Virus record (IMG/VR): IMGVR_UViG_3300032240_001991
Location: 248,001 to 312,000 of that record
Length of the DNA stretch: 64,000 nt
Strand: one strand, 5' to 3'
How positions within the stretch are numbered: position 1 is the first letter of the stretch; every line of letters begins with the position of its first letter. The notes beneath the pieces are model-generated. The model was given only the letters and a program-made list of their open reading frames with translations, was not told the origin of the DNA and did not search any database. This document shows positions 9,556 to 20,200 of this stretch, in pieces. Both the position numbers and the translations under genes were made by a program.

Positions 9556-11055
9556 TTATGCTCCGTAGGCTAGGTAATAAACAGGCATTAAACCGCTAGA
9601 ATTACTGCTCTGTAGCATTGCTACAAAAGATGTTGTACCAAAGCTTACTAATTGCGCCCACAAATCTCCTCCAGAACCTGAATTAGCAGAAGAATTTTGA
9701 ATAGTTAATTGTACGCCAAAGACAGTTGAAAAATTAACTCCAGACGCATAAGTTATAGTAGTTGAAGGAGTAGTAGATACTGTTGCGTATCCCCATGCTA
9801 TCTTTATTCCGGTTGGAAGTATGGCCCATCCATTAGTTGCTAAACTAGAAGATACTGCGGTATCAAACCAAACATCTCCAATGTTAGTGGCTGTTGGCTG
9901 TGTTGAGGTTGTATATACTCTACCGCCTGCGGTATAAGGTGCTGTAACATTGAATAATACCGGAGGTGCTGCAGATGCTGCGCTACCTTGACTACCTGTG
10001 TATCCAGTGCCTTTGCTACCAATATACCCAACTGAACCCCAGTATCCTGCGCCGCCTCCGCCTCCGCCTGCGCTACCGGTATACCCAATTGATGTGCTAG
10101 CAGATCCTGTATAACCTGAGCCACCACCACCAGCACCACTTCCTGTATAACCTAAAGGACCTGTTGGACCAGTGCCACCTTGGGAGCCTATATATCCGTC
10201 TAATCCATTACTACCAGTGTAGCCTGCTCCTCTGCTTCCAGAATAGCCAACACTTCCCCAGTACCCTTGACCAATAACACCAATATCGTTGTAAAAATTA
10301 GTGGCTCTTATTTCGCCTAAGTTTCCTCTAGCAACTACTGTATTTGCAGTTGTTCCAGTAGTAGCACTAAAGAAAGTTGATGTGCTATCAACTAATAGTT
10401 TATCCGACGTAAGCGATGTTGCGGCCGTTCCCCAAACTACGATACCGGCTGTATTGCTTGTTGACCTACCTATAGAATCAGAATTAGCTAATGTTAATCC
10501 TGTTTTAATATAAGAAAAGTTTGAATATATAGATTCTGTTGTATTAACTGCAAAAGAATCATAAGAAAAAATAGAAACAACACTACTGTTAATAACTGTT
10601 TTTAAAATTGAGTGAGAATTACCGTCAGTATCTTTTACCGATACCGCAATTAATCCCGATCCTGATGAAACTCCTCCGCCTGAGATTTTAGTAAAAGTAG
10701 ATCCAACTTTAATAGATAATGTACTATCTACTGTATTAAACCAAAAGTCTCCTTCTTGAGCAGTAGTAGGTTGGCCAGTAGATAATGTAGTAAAACTAAT
10801 ACCTTTAAAATCAGTGCCATCGTAGACTTTTAATTTTAATTTTCCAGAATCAAACCATAACTGTCCTTGGACTGGGTTTGTTGGGGAAGTAATATTTGAA
10901 AAATTTTCTAACATGTAAAGCAGGTCTTGCTGAAGTATTTGTCCGTAACCTGCGTAGTTTTGACCAATAAAGGTCAAAGAGCTAGAATTATCTATAGATC
11001 CATCTTGAATCGTAACAAAAGTTTGGCCGTTTGATTTCTGGAGTACGTAAGACAT
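9556..11055 (-). CDS. tail fibre protein (shared N-terminal anchor, Gly-rich collagen-like segment, C-terminal fibre-tip domain)
   Basis: LENF..P.NP..GQLWFD N-domain; GYTGS repeats; C-terminal GWAILPTGIKIAWG...YYLAYG tip domain. Confidence 0.8.
   Translation of the reverse strand: MSYVLQKSNGQTFVTIQDGSIDNSSSLTFIGQNYAGYGQILQQDLLYMLENFSNITSPTNPVQGQLWFDSGKLKLKVYDGTDFKGISFTTLSTGQPTTAQEGDFWFNTVDSTLSIKVGSTFTKISGGGVSSGSGLIAVSVKDTDGNSHSILKTVINSSVVSIFSYDSFAVNTTESIYSNFSYIKTGLTLANSDSIGRSTSNTAGIVVWGTAATSLTSDKLLVDSTSTFFSATTGTTANTVVARGNLGEIRATNFYNDIGVIGQGYWGSVGYSGSRGAGYTGSNGLDGYIGSQGGTGPTGPLGYTGSGAGGGGSGYTGSASTSIGYTGSAGGGGGGAGYWGSVGYIGSKGTGYTGSQGSAASAAPPVLFNVTAPYTAGGRVYTTSTQPTATNIGDVWFDTAVSSSLATNGWAILPTGIKIAWGYATVSTTPSTTITYASGVNFSTVFGVQLTIQNSSANSGSGGDLWAQLVSFGTTSFVAMLQSSNSSGLMPVYYLAYGA
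9982..10266 (-). repeat. GY[TWSI]GS collagen-like Gly-X-Y repeats
   Basis: About 10 GYxGS units within the fibre ORF. Confidence 0.8.
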
Positions 11056-11059
11056 GTTG

Positions 11060-11065
11060 TATTTA
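11060..11065 (-). promoter_or_regulatory. putative late promoter TAAATA, 4 nt before ATG 11055
   Basis: AATAAATA-CAAC-ATG on the - strand, no SD. Confidence 0.55.
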
Positions 11066-11086
11066 TTCTTTCTAAAATTTTAAAAA

Positions 11087-11647
11087 TTATGCAAATGTAA
11101 CCTGAATATTAGCTCCTAACGACGTTCCAAAAGGATTTATTGGCGCATTCCATTGCCAAGTTGTAGTATTTCCAACTACTGAAACTGTAGCATTTGATGC
11201 TAAAAATTGCGTTGATCCAATAGTAACAGATGTCCAAAAGTTTCCTAGAGACGAAGGATAAGAAAATACCAACGTATCGGTTACAAAATAACCTCTAGCA
11301 CCATCTCTTACTTGATCAAGCCAATATAAACTAGTAATAGATGTATTTGCACTTGTGCCAAATGGAGTTGTAGTTCCTACGCTTGCAGGAGCAATTGAAG
11401 AAAACCCGTAAAAAGTGTCGTAAAATGCTCCTCCTCCGTTCGTTAAATTAGTAAAAATTAACGAAGCTGCGGTGCTACCCACAGTAACATTAAACGAGCC
11501 GCTCGATAGGTCTACAAATCTCCACTGAGAACCGTCCCAATAATTAGGTTTTACGTATACCCAATCAGTGCCATTCCACAGCTTAGGATATAAGAAGTAC
11601 GGAGATCTCCATACGCCTCCTGTATCATAGTAGTGAAGTATAGCCAT
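11087..11647 (-). CDS. small tail-fibre-associated protein / putative adhesin (paralog of 9036..9554)
   Basis: YYDTGGVW, KLWNGTDW, NYWDGSQW repeats; shared VTVG, ITSLY, W..+.I and AT...W.W motifs. Confidence 0.6.
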   Translation of the reverse strand: MAILHYYDTGGVWRSPYFLYPKLWNGTDWVYVKPNYWDGSQWRFVDLSSGSFNVTVGSTAASLIFTNLTNGGGAFYDTFYGFSSIAPASVGTTTPFGTSANTSITSLYWLDQVRDGARGYFVTDTLVFSYPSSLGNFWTSVTIGSTQFLASNATVSVVGNTTTWQWNAPINPFGTSLGANIQVTFA

Positions 11648-12012
11648 TATGGAGTTCCAGGAAAGACCACATCTGCAGGATTAGCATATGATTGTGGAAT
11701 ATCTCTTAATACTTTACGATACGTAGCCCAAGCAGTTTGGTCAACTGGAGCATCAGATAACTGTGTCCAATCAGATAAAGCTAACAAATCGTCCCTCTTT
11801 TTTCTAATATCGTCCCATGTTAACGGCATAACATCTCGATCTACAAGACTAGGAACGCCGTTATTAATTACAATTCTTTTTCCTTGATTAGATATTCCGT
11901 CTAAAAGTTCTAAATAGTGATCGGTTACATCGATAATATCCGGAGGATACGACGAATAACCAACTCCTGTATCATAAAATCCATTATTCATTGGGCTATA
12001 ATAAATCGTCAT
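11647..12012 (-). CDS. tail fibre assembly chaperone
   Basis: YYSP..NGFYD N-terminus; WDDIRKKRDDLLALSDWTQLSDAP...WATYRKVLRDIPQ C-terminus typical of phage tail assembly chaperones. Confidence 0.85.
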   Translation of the reverse strand: MTIYYSPMNNGFYDTGVGYSSYPPDIIDVTDHYLELLDGISNQGKRIVINNGVPSLVDRDVMPLTWDDIRKKRDDLLALSDWTQLSDAPVDQTAWATYRKVLRDIPQSYANPADVVFPGTP

Positions 12013-12022
12013 TTAACTCCCC

Positions 12023-13861
12023 TTATCCTTGACCAATCGCTATCCAAGTAAATCCATCTAATCCGTAGCTAGGACTTGTTGCACGCTGGTAGTAAACATA
12101 GAACTGAGAAGCAGTAATACTATTTGTCACAACCTGTAACCAAACATCTGCTCCTGCCTGCGTATTCAATGTATAAGGAGTTGCTACGACAGTCCAAGGA
12201 ACTCCAACAAAGTTTGTATTAAAGTTGAATGGGCCTCTGTAGCCTTCTCCTAGGTTTGTGCCAGGTGATGCTCTGCCCCATTGTATTAATATTCCGTTAG
12301 GTAACTTTGTCCACCCATTTTGTGATGCTAATTGTGTATACCCTGTACCTGCTGACGGATCAAACCAAATATCACCTTGTTCTATAACTGTTCCAGGAAA
12401 ATCAGAAGCTAATGGTGCTGTATTTTTAACAACAACTCTTCCGCCTCCGGTATATCCAGAAGTAACATGAAATAGTGTTGGAGGGGTAACAATTGAACCT
12501 GTACTAATAGCAGTTACTCTACCGTAGGTATCAACTGTTACGCTAGATATTCCAGAGTTAATTCCGCCGTATGTACCTGCAGATGTTGTTGGAGACATTG
12601 AGATATTTGGAGTACTTCCTCCAGAAGATACCAATGGAGTCGAAGCTGTAACTGCTGTTATACTTCCGCCACCACCGCCTCCACTTCCTGTATATCCAAC
12701 TGACCCTCGGCTTCCAACATATCCGTTACCGCCACCGCCACCACTACCAGCACTGCCTGTATAACCAAATCCTTGACTACCAGTATAACCAGATTGTAGA
12801 GAGATTGTTGAAATTGCATTGTCTACATATGTTTTTACAGCTCGTTGAGTTGAAAGCCTATTATTAGCGTTTGCCGCTAGTGTAACGTCTGTATCAAATC
12901 TATTAATAGTTGATAAGGTTAAATCAGTTAATGCACTAAAGTTAACTATATCAATGTTAGCAGTTGGTGAATCAACTAATGTAGAATAAACATTTGCCCA
13001 TCTTAAATCTTGGGTGCCTAAATTAACACCGTTATCTCTGTTAGGTATAAAATCATTATTAAGATTCCAAACACCAGAGAATGTTCCACTTGATGCCGCA
13101 GTAAGAGAAGACGCATTAATTCCGTTAACAGTAATATCTGCTGAACCGTCTCTTTGAACTATTGTATTTGCTAAATTTGTAGTTGATGCAGCAATATACC
13201 CTGTACCTGCTTCGTTTAACAGATAATTTGCATACTGTGTTGATGTACTAGCTCCGTATAAAGTTACATCATTAGAATTTACATTTTTAAACGTTAAACC
13301 TCTAACTAAATTAGTAAATCCAGGAACTGGAGTTGTAATTCCTAATGTAAAAGCACTAGCTGATAATATTGAAACTACTTCGCCGTCAACATAAAATAAT
13401 ATTACTGGATGCGCAGTAGGAGTTCCGTCATTTAATGTAGTTGACATCATCCGGGTTGTTCCATATCCTGGAACTCCTTCCGGACCTATCAATGCTAAAC
13501 TTGAACCTGTATTAATTGATAATTGTCCGTTAACAGTATCGTACCAAAATGTTCCTGTATTAGTAGCAGCCGCTGAACTACTCGATAACGAAATTCCTGC
13601 AAGAGATCGCCACAAAGAACCAGTGTAAACTTTTAACGAATTTACTGAAGTATCAAACCAAAGTTGACCACGCATCTGATTAACTGGTGCGGTAGTTTTT
13701 GCAAAATTTTCTAATAGATAGACAAAATTTTCATTTTGTAATTGGCCGTAATTAAAGAGGTTCTTACCTATCAGTGATAAACTTGTAGTGGTATCATCAT
13801 ACTGTCCATCTTGGACCGTTGTTAGTGTAGTACCGTCGCTCTTTGTAATAATATATGCCAT
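12023..13861 (-). CDS. tail fibre protein (paralog of 9556..11055)
   Basis: Shared N-domain, GYTGS repeats, TVDTYGRVT motif, C-terminal NGWTKLPNGILIQWG...TWIAIG tip. Confidence 0.8.
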   Translation of the reverse strand: MAYIITKSDGTTLTTVQDGQYDDTTTSLSLIGKNLFNYGQLQNENFVYLLENFAKTTAPVNQMRGQLWFDTSVNSLKVYTGSLWRSLAGISLSSSSAAATNTGTFWYDTVNGQLSINTGSSLALIGPEGVPGYGTTRMMSTTLNDGTPTAHPVILFYVDGEVVSILSASAFTLGITTPVPGFTNLVRGLTFKNVNSNDVTLYGASTSTQYANYLLNEAGTGYIAASTTNLANTIVQRDGSADITVNGINASSLTAASSGTFSGVWNLNNDFIPNRDNGVNLGTQDLRWANVYSTLVDSPTANIDIVNFSALTDLTLSTINRFDTDVTLAANANNRLSTQRAVKTYVDNAISTISLQSGYTGSQGFGYTGSAGSGGGGGNGYVGSRGSVGYTGSGGGGGGSITAVTASTPLVSSGGSTPNISMSPTTSAGTYGGINSGISSVTVDTYGRVTAISTGSIVTPPTLFHVTSGYTGGGRVVVKNTAPLASDFPGTVIEQGDIWFDPSAGTGYTQLASQNGWTKLPNGILIQWGRASPGTNLGEGYRGPFNFNTNFVGVPWTVVATPYTLNTQAGADVWLQVVTNSITASQFYVYYQRATSPSYGLDGFTWIAIGQG

Positions 13862-13874
13862 TTACAATTTTCCT

Positions 13875-15785
13875 TTAAAAGCTATGTATTGGATTGGCCC
13901 CGGTATCTATCCACTGACCTCCCGACACACGAAACTCATAAACATCCCGTGTGGTTACTGTGTATGATGGTGTTACATTAAACAACGCCTCATTAGGGAT
14001 CGATGTAACAAATTGTTCTGTTGATTGGTTACCATTAATAGTAACATAATCTACACCTGGTGGATTGATAGTTGCAGCACCAGATGCTACAATAGTTATT
14101 TTTGTACACAACACTCTTACCCAAGATCCATCTGGAATGACCTTAGTAGGATCGTAAGGATCTACTACTGGTAAAAGATAAGAATTAAGCATTTGAGGAA
14201 TAGTTACAGACGGACTTGTAATTCCCGTAATATCCATACTCAAGACGTAACCTCTTGCTACAAATTCAGCTACTCTTTTGTTAACATATCCAATATTAGC
14301 CGCATCGTATGCATTACTACCTGTTGATACACTACTAATTACACTGTAACTTACGTCAACAGTGCCAGTTCCTGCTGGATTTAAATATAAATTTGCTGGG
14401 CCAACCGCAGCAACTGTTGAAATAGTGCCGGTAGTAATTAATATATTGGTTACTGTTAGATAACTTAAGGTACCTAAGCGAGTAACTCCTGGCGCTGAAG
14501 TAATTACAGAACCTAAGGATGTAGCATTAATTACTGGCTGGTTGCTGATCTTATATGATCCGCCTGCACTTAAATTAAAGTTAGTATTTGACTCCCAAGC
14601 ACTATTAGTATTAGACCAAGTTAATGTATGGTTTGTTGACCCTATTAGTGTAATGCCACCACCATTAACAAACGTATCACTTGGAGCAGACTGGCCGTAT
14701 CCTATGTTAATGCCCTTATTAATTACATTTAATCCAGTAGTTAATATGTTTGTTGCTGTTAGCGATCCTCTAACTAGTACATCAGAAGAAATATCAACAA
14801 AACTAGCACTTGGTGCTAATGTTGGCCAAATGTATATAGTAGGAGCAGGTGATCTTGGATCAGCTTGTAGGGCGGTTATTTCACCTAATCCTGTTTTATG
14901 TACGTCTAAAACTAATGGAATGTCGTCAGTTACTGATCTAACTCTTGCTCCTACATTAAAATAATCTCCACCTATAGTATCTGCATTGTCTAGACTTAAT
15001 TGATAGGCTAGATTAGTTCCATCAAAAATAGTAAGTCCGCTGTCGCTAGCAATTGATAGGCTTCCGTTTGTAGTTTGGAATCCTCCAACAGGACTAACTT
15101 GTAAATATACACCGGTAACAGTGGTTACTGCACCAGCAACGGTTGCGGTATTAGCATTATCTGCATGAGTAGCAGTACCAAAGAACTTAGTTCCAGGTAC
15201 TAGATTAATACCAGGATATACTGTAGATAAACCACTGTGAGCAACTGAAAATATAGATGTAGTTGAACTTGCAATAGCTATTCTTGTGTTATTATTATAA
15301 AGAACAGGAAAGTTAGCTAATGTTGTATTTGAAAGAACTATACTTTCTTCAAACCATCCATTCTTAACGGAAGATGTAGAAGTTGCTGTAGAAGCAACGG
15401 GAACTGAAACAAATGTTAATCCGTCTACTGAAAAGTTTAATTGATTCTTACTACTGTCAATCCATAAATCGCCAATATTAGGCGCAGTAGGTTCGCTAGG
15501 TGATACTACTGGGACTCCTACTGGTCTAAAAACATTCTGTAATGTATAAACATACAATCTTGCATCGTTTCTATTATACCATAATTGTCCAGTCAGAGGT
15601 GAACGAGGAGGAATTCCATTTGATGCAAAGTTTTCTAACATCACTACTAGGTTATCGTTGTAATACTGACCGTAAGAATTATAATTTTTACCAATTAAAG
15701 TAACACTAGTCGCAACCTGATCAATTGTTGCATCAGGAAGTGTTAGTAAAACTGTGCCATCTGAATTTCTAATAGTGTATGCCAT
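13875..15785 (-). CDS. tail fibre / baseplate-attached structural protein
   Basis: Same N-terminal anchor domain; beta-rich; DAANIGYV motif. Confidence 0.75.
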   Translation of the reverse strand: MAYTIRNSDGTVLLTLPDATIDQVATSVTLIGKNYNSYGQYYNDNLVVMLENFASNGIPPRSPLTGQLWYNRNDARLYVYTLQNVFRPVGVPVVSPSEPTAPNIGDLWIDSSKNQLNFSVDGLTFVSVPVASTATSTSSVKNGWFEESIVLSNTTLANFPVLYNNNTRIAIASSTTSIFSVAHSGLSTVYPGINLVPGTKFFGTATHADNANTATVAGAVTTVTGVYLQVSPVGGFQTTNGSLSIASDSGLTIFDGTNLAYQLSLDNADTIGGDYFNVGARVRSVTDDIPLVLDVHKTGLGEITALQADPRSPAPTIYIWPTLAPSASFVDISSDVLVRGSLTATNILTTGLNVINKGINIGYGQSAPSDTFVNGGGITLIGSTNHTLTWSNTNSAWESNTNFNLSAGGSYKISNQPVINATSLGSVITSAPGVTRLGTLSYLTVTNILITTGTISTVAAVGPANLYLNPAGTGTVDVSYSVISSVSTGSNAYDAANIGYVNKRVAEFVARGYVLSMDITGITSPSVTIPQMLNSYLLPVVDPYDPTKVIPDGSWVRVLCTKITIVASGAATINPPGVDYVTINGNQSTEQFVTSIPNEALFNVTPSYTVTTRDVYEFRVSGGQWIDTGANPIHSF

Positions 15786-15789
15786 ATTT

Positions 15790-16551
15790 TTAATACTTTA
15801 TAATATATTTTGTTGTAACTACTGTTCCAGTAGTTACTGGTCCAGCTAAATTTGGAACCTTAAAATTAGTAGAATCTGTATATCCGTATCTAGTACCAAT
15901 TACTGCAAATAAATTGTTGTAAGTTGTTCTAGGATATAAAGTTCCATCACACATCAACCACCCGGTTGGAGTATAATCCATTGACCATAATGTTATCATA
16001 CCAGTTTGAACTAAGTACGGAGTCACAGTATCTGCTAAGAAATTTGACTTTGTAATACTCTGTAAAATTCCCCCGTCTGAAATAACTAGGTAAGCATTTG
16101 AAGTTGCAGTTGTTTTTTCAGGCTGGCCTGTGATTGACGAGCTGGTAAGATCTACGTTAGCAGGAATAGTCCATGCTGTACCGGTGTAAATTTTAATTTG
16201 ATTGGTAGTAGTATCAACAAATATATCACCTACTTCAAAGTTAGTAGTAACGCCGGTTACTGTTTTATAAACAGAATTAATCTGATTCCAATGAATGCCG
16301 TCAAACACCTTAAGCTTATAATGAGTGCTAGAAGAATCGTACCATATCTGTCCTGTTATAGGATTGTTTGGAGATGTTGTATTAGAAAAATTTTCTAACA
16401 TATGTAGAAAATTTTCTGCAATCTTAGGAACATAGTTAGGATCATTTCTCCCAACTAGAGATAAACTAGTGTCGTTAGTGTTCCCAATAACCTCACGTAA
16501 GACAATGTCAGGTAAAGAAGGGTTTGATCTTGGTATATTATAATCAGGCAT
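15790..16551 (-). CDS. short fibre with phage tail collar domain
   Basis: Shared N-domain; GMITLW....PTGWLMCDG.LY.RTTY..LFAVIGTRYG....FKVPNL tail-collar motif; start set to ATG 16551. Confidence 0.8.
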   Translation of the reverse strand: MPDYNIPRSNPSLPDIVLREVIGNTNDTSLSLVGRNDPNYVPKIAENFLHMLENFSNTTSPNNPITGQIWYDSSSTHYKLKVFDGIHWNQINSVYKTVTGVTTNFEVGDIFVDTTTNQIKIYTGTAWTIPANVDLTSSSITGQPEKTTATSNAYLVISDGGILQSITKSNFLADTVTPYLVQTGMITLWSMDYTPTGWLMCDGTLYPRTTYNNLFAVIGTRYGYTDSTNFKVPNLAGPVTTGTVVTTKYIIKY

Positions 16552-16553
16552 AA

Positions 16554-17222
16554 TCAACTTCCACTAGTTAAGCTTTGAATTCTAATCGTATAATCAATTT
16601 GTATTAATCTGTTTAATGCTTTCTGTACAGGATGAAAGATAACGTGCGTTAACAATAATCCTGTATTCTCGCCTGCAGGATTATAACTCTTAAGTCCTAA
16701 TTCATCAAAAACAAAGGTTCCGGATGAATCTGTAACATTAGCATCAAATGCTGGTTGTCCTTGAGGTTCTCCAAAGTCTAGTAAGCAACTTACTAATAGA
16801 TCTGAGTAGTATGTGCCAGCTACGTGTCTTACTTCCATAAAATTTCTTGAAGGATCAAGATCGTAAGGATTATTTGCATCAATAACTTTATAATATGTTT
16901 GATTATATAGAGATGCATTACTACCTACATTATTGGGTGTAAGGTATGTAATAATTCCTGTAGGATCAATTCTACTACCACCGTTGCCAAACGCCATTTC
17001 AGAGATAAAATTTTGACCTATATTACCAACTCCGCTTGCTAATGCGATAGAAAAATTTTCATAATGAATGGCGTTTCTTTTATCTACGTATACTTCTTTG
17101 GTTGTTGGATCAAATATTTTAATATGTCCCTGAAGGCGAATAGACCCTGTTTCATTAGGGTCTTTATTATTTTGACGGTTTTGTGTATTTTCAATCATTT
17201 TAGTACTCTTGATATTATCCAT
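16554..17222 (-). CDS. baseplate/tail structural protein (fibre-attachment type)
   Basis: GHIKIFD, MAFGNGG, FDELGL, THVIFHPVQK, IDYTIRIQ; located between the wedge and fibre genes. Confidence 0.65.
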   Translation of the reverse strand: MDNIKSTKMIENTQNRQNNKDPNETGSIRLQGHIKIFDPTTKEVYVDKRNAIHYENFSIALASGVGNIGQNFISEMAFGNGGSRIDPTGIITYLTPNNVGSNASLYNQTYYKVIDANNPYDLDPSRNFMEVRHVAGTYYSDLLVSCLLDFGEPQGQPAFDANVTDSSGTFVFDELGLKSYNPAGENTGLLLTHVIFHPVQKALNRLIQIDYTIRIQSLTSGS

Positions 17223-20200
17223 AGTAATATTTATCCGGTAGCGTTGCCTGTTTATCTCTCAAGAACTGAGCTATCTTTCCAGTGTCGTCAATTAAAGGAG
17301 TATTGTTTAATTCGTAAAAATTTGTACTCGCAATTCTTTGCACTATCTCAATTCTAACACCAGTTGAGGTAGAAAGAGTAGGTAAATTCAACACTAGTGT
17401 TGCAGTACTCCATTGTCCTACTGTAACCACATTAGTTAGAGTAAACTGCGGTTCAACCCATCTTACGCCAGTAAAACTATAGCCGTTGGTAGCTGTAGAG
17501 CTTTCTGATTTAGAGGCGGTGTACGACCAAATTTCATTGGTTGAAGTTACAAGATAGGCAGTTCCAATAACAGTTGTTGGAGGAAGGTCATATTGTGTAG
17601 CAACTGTTGATCTGTTTAGTGTATACGCAGGAGTATCATAAGAAACTGTAATATCGTGTTGATAAAATCCAGTTTTTCTTAGAGGTGTGCCACCGTATAG
17701 AACTGTAATTTGATTCGTTGCAGTAACAAATCCCGTAGTTGTATTCAATGATAGTGCAGAAATAGTATAACTCGTAGCTCCTGTAGCTGTCATTATTGAA
17801 GTAACCGTTGTAATTTCTCTAAATGGCGTATGCGATAGATATAGATTTTGGCGTGCTCCTTGATCTATAACTGAGGTTCCAATCGCATATACTGATTTTG
17901 CTCCAGTTCCTAAAGTAGCTCTTGTAAGATTTCCTAATACATTTTCATTAACTGATCTATATTCAATACGTTCTCCTCCAATAAAAATTACACCTGGTAT
18001 TTTAAGTGCTAGGTTTGGCAGTGCTAGTTTTCCAGCATCAGCAACTGTGATTATTTTATCTGTTGGATAGAGAGGTTCTGCCAATACTGTTGAGCTATCT
18101 TTTGATAATCTTAAGAATTCGGTTCTGTTTAGCATGTCTCTAAACATTCTGTAACCGATTGTGTTTCCTACTGACGTATCGTACATGCTCATTATTGTTA
18201 CTATATCTGAAGGATTGTAAGGGTACGAATCTCTTAAAACTATCGTAACACGGTCAGCGTCTACATAAAAATCAATACCTTTAACAAGAGGTTTACGGTT
18301 TACAGTTACCCAAACATAGTTATTATTAAAAATTGGTCTACTTACTTCGTAACGGCGTGATCCTCTTCCTTGGAAAGTTTCTAACTCTATTAACGGCTCT
18401 TTTTTAATACCATCCTCAACTGTTATGTTGTTAATTGTAATAATTCTCATAATCTTTGTATAAGTAAAATCTGCCGACGGTCTAACAACAATTGTATTCC
18501 TTGATTCATTAAAGTAGTAATCACTAAATTCGTGATTTGTGATTGCTATTACATCATTAAGCTGTAGCAATCCTACTCTAAATTTAACTTTATTTTCAAC
18601 AGAGTTAACTACATAATCTGTTAAAGGAATCATGCGTAACCCATTTACATATACATCTAACGAACTTAAGCCAAACGAGTTAGGCGGATATGAATTATTT
18701 GGATCTATTGAAAATTTAAGATCTACACCAGTGAATAAGTGATATGATGTATTAGGTGGTATTAAGATTCTACTATCAACTTCTACAATAGCTTGCGAAT
18801 CCGCAGACCAGTTATCGTTTAGAGGATAGAATAAATCCCACTCAACTCTTGCAGGATCATTATTAAAAATAGATTGTTCTCTCACAGCACTATACGGTCT
18901 GTTTGTTCCAAAGAATACCCACGACTGCAATACATTTGTAATAGCAGGGTTAACTCCGGTTACAGTTAGCAATCCTTGTCCTAGTGTATATTGAGATGGT
19001 AATAGTTCTTGTCCGTTTAGTGTTGCATATATTGTGTTATACTCAGCGTTAACTCCTACACTAACACTTATTGTGCTAGTATTTGAAAGTGCGGTATATC
19101 CAGAACTGACATAATCGTATCCTCCTACTCCAATAACAGATACTCCTACCAGTCCTGTTGTTGTTTGGGTTCCTATTACAATAGTACTGTTAACAAGATC
19201 AAACTCATAGTCTACACCGGGTACTAATAATTCGTTGTTAAAGGACACAATAGCAGACGCAGTTGTTGGCGGTACTGTCAATAATCTCAGTACTGTAGTC
19301 TGTGTTGTTTGTGTAATCTCACCAAAAGTTTCAGAAACAACTGGAGCTCCTGTTTGTGGATCTCGTGCATAAACACTCATACCCAAGCTTTCGTGTATTT
19401 CTCCCTTAATCATCTCCTCGGGAGCATGACTAATGTTAGGAGATATAAACCCTTCACCGTCGACAATTATATCTTCTGGATTTAATCCCGAAGCAAGTGT
19501 ATAAGCTAAGTCGCCGCCGTCTAATATTGTATCTAAAACTCCAGGGACCATATTAAATTCCCAGAATTCAATCAATGTTCCTAGGCCAACAGTACTAATA
19601 GTTGAAGTACTAAATGTAACTAGTTGACTAGCTGTGTTAACACTTACTACAGTAACAATAGGATCTACAAACTTGTTATAAGGAGTAGACGTACTAACTG
19701 TATTAATACGTAATCCTGGGTATATTCCTGCTAAGTTATCTAACATTAATGTATCTGTACCTGTAACGGCTACAGAAATTACACTAGCAGTTGTATAATA
19801 ATACACATCATCGCCGTATAGAGACTGACCAAACGGTGTTAATCCCCAATTTGTACTATAATCAAACATTAGCCCTTGTTTCTGTGCAGCTGGATATTCT
19901 ACACCTGTCATTAATTGTGCAGGATCAACGCCTGGCATATTAATAGAAGGTTGATAATAACTATAAATTCTATCAACTGCAGAATATAAGTTAATATTTT
20001 TATTATAAGTTATTTGTATAACTTTTCCTTGCGCTGGAGCAGAGGTTAAGACTAAATCAGAAAATAGTTTTTTATAACTATAACCAAACCCAGATGATGT
20101 TTTTCTATAAGTTTCAATATTATAATCAGTAGCTAGAACCCGTACCCCGCCTAATGTTATGTTAATATTAGCCTTTTTATTTTCTGCAGCCCATCCTAAT

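Noticed and set aside
9036-13861. Diversity-generating retroelement or invertible fibre cassette
   Set aside because: Paralog similarity is at protein level only; no near-identical TR/VR pair, reverse transcriptase, invertase or flanking inverted repeats were seen
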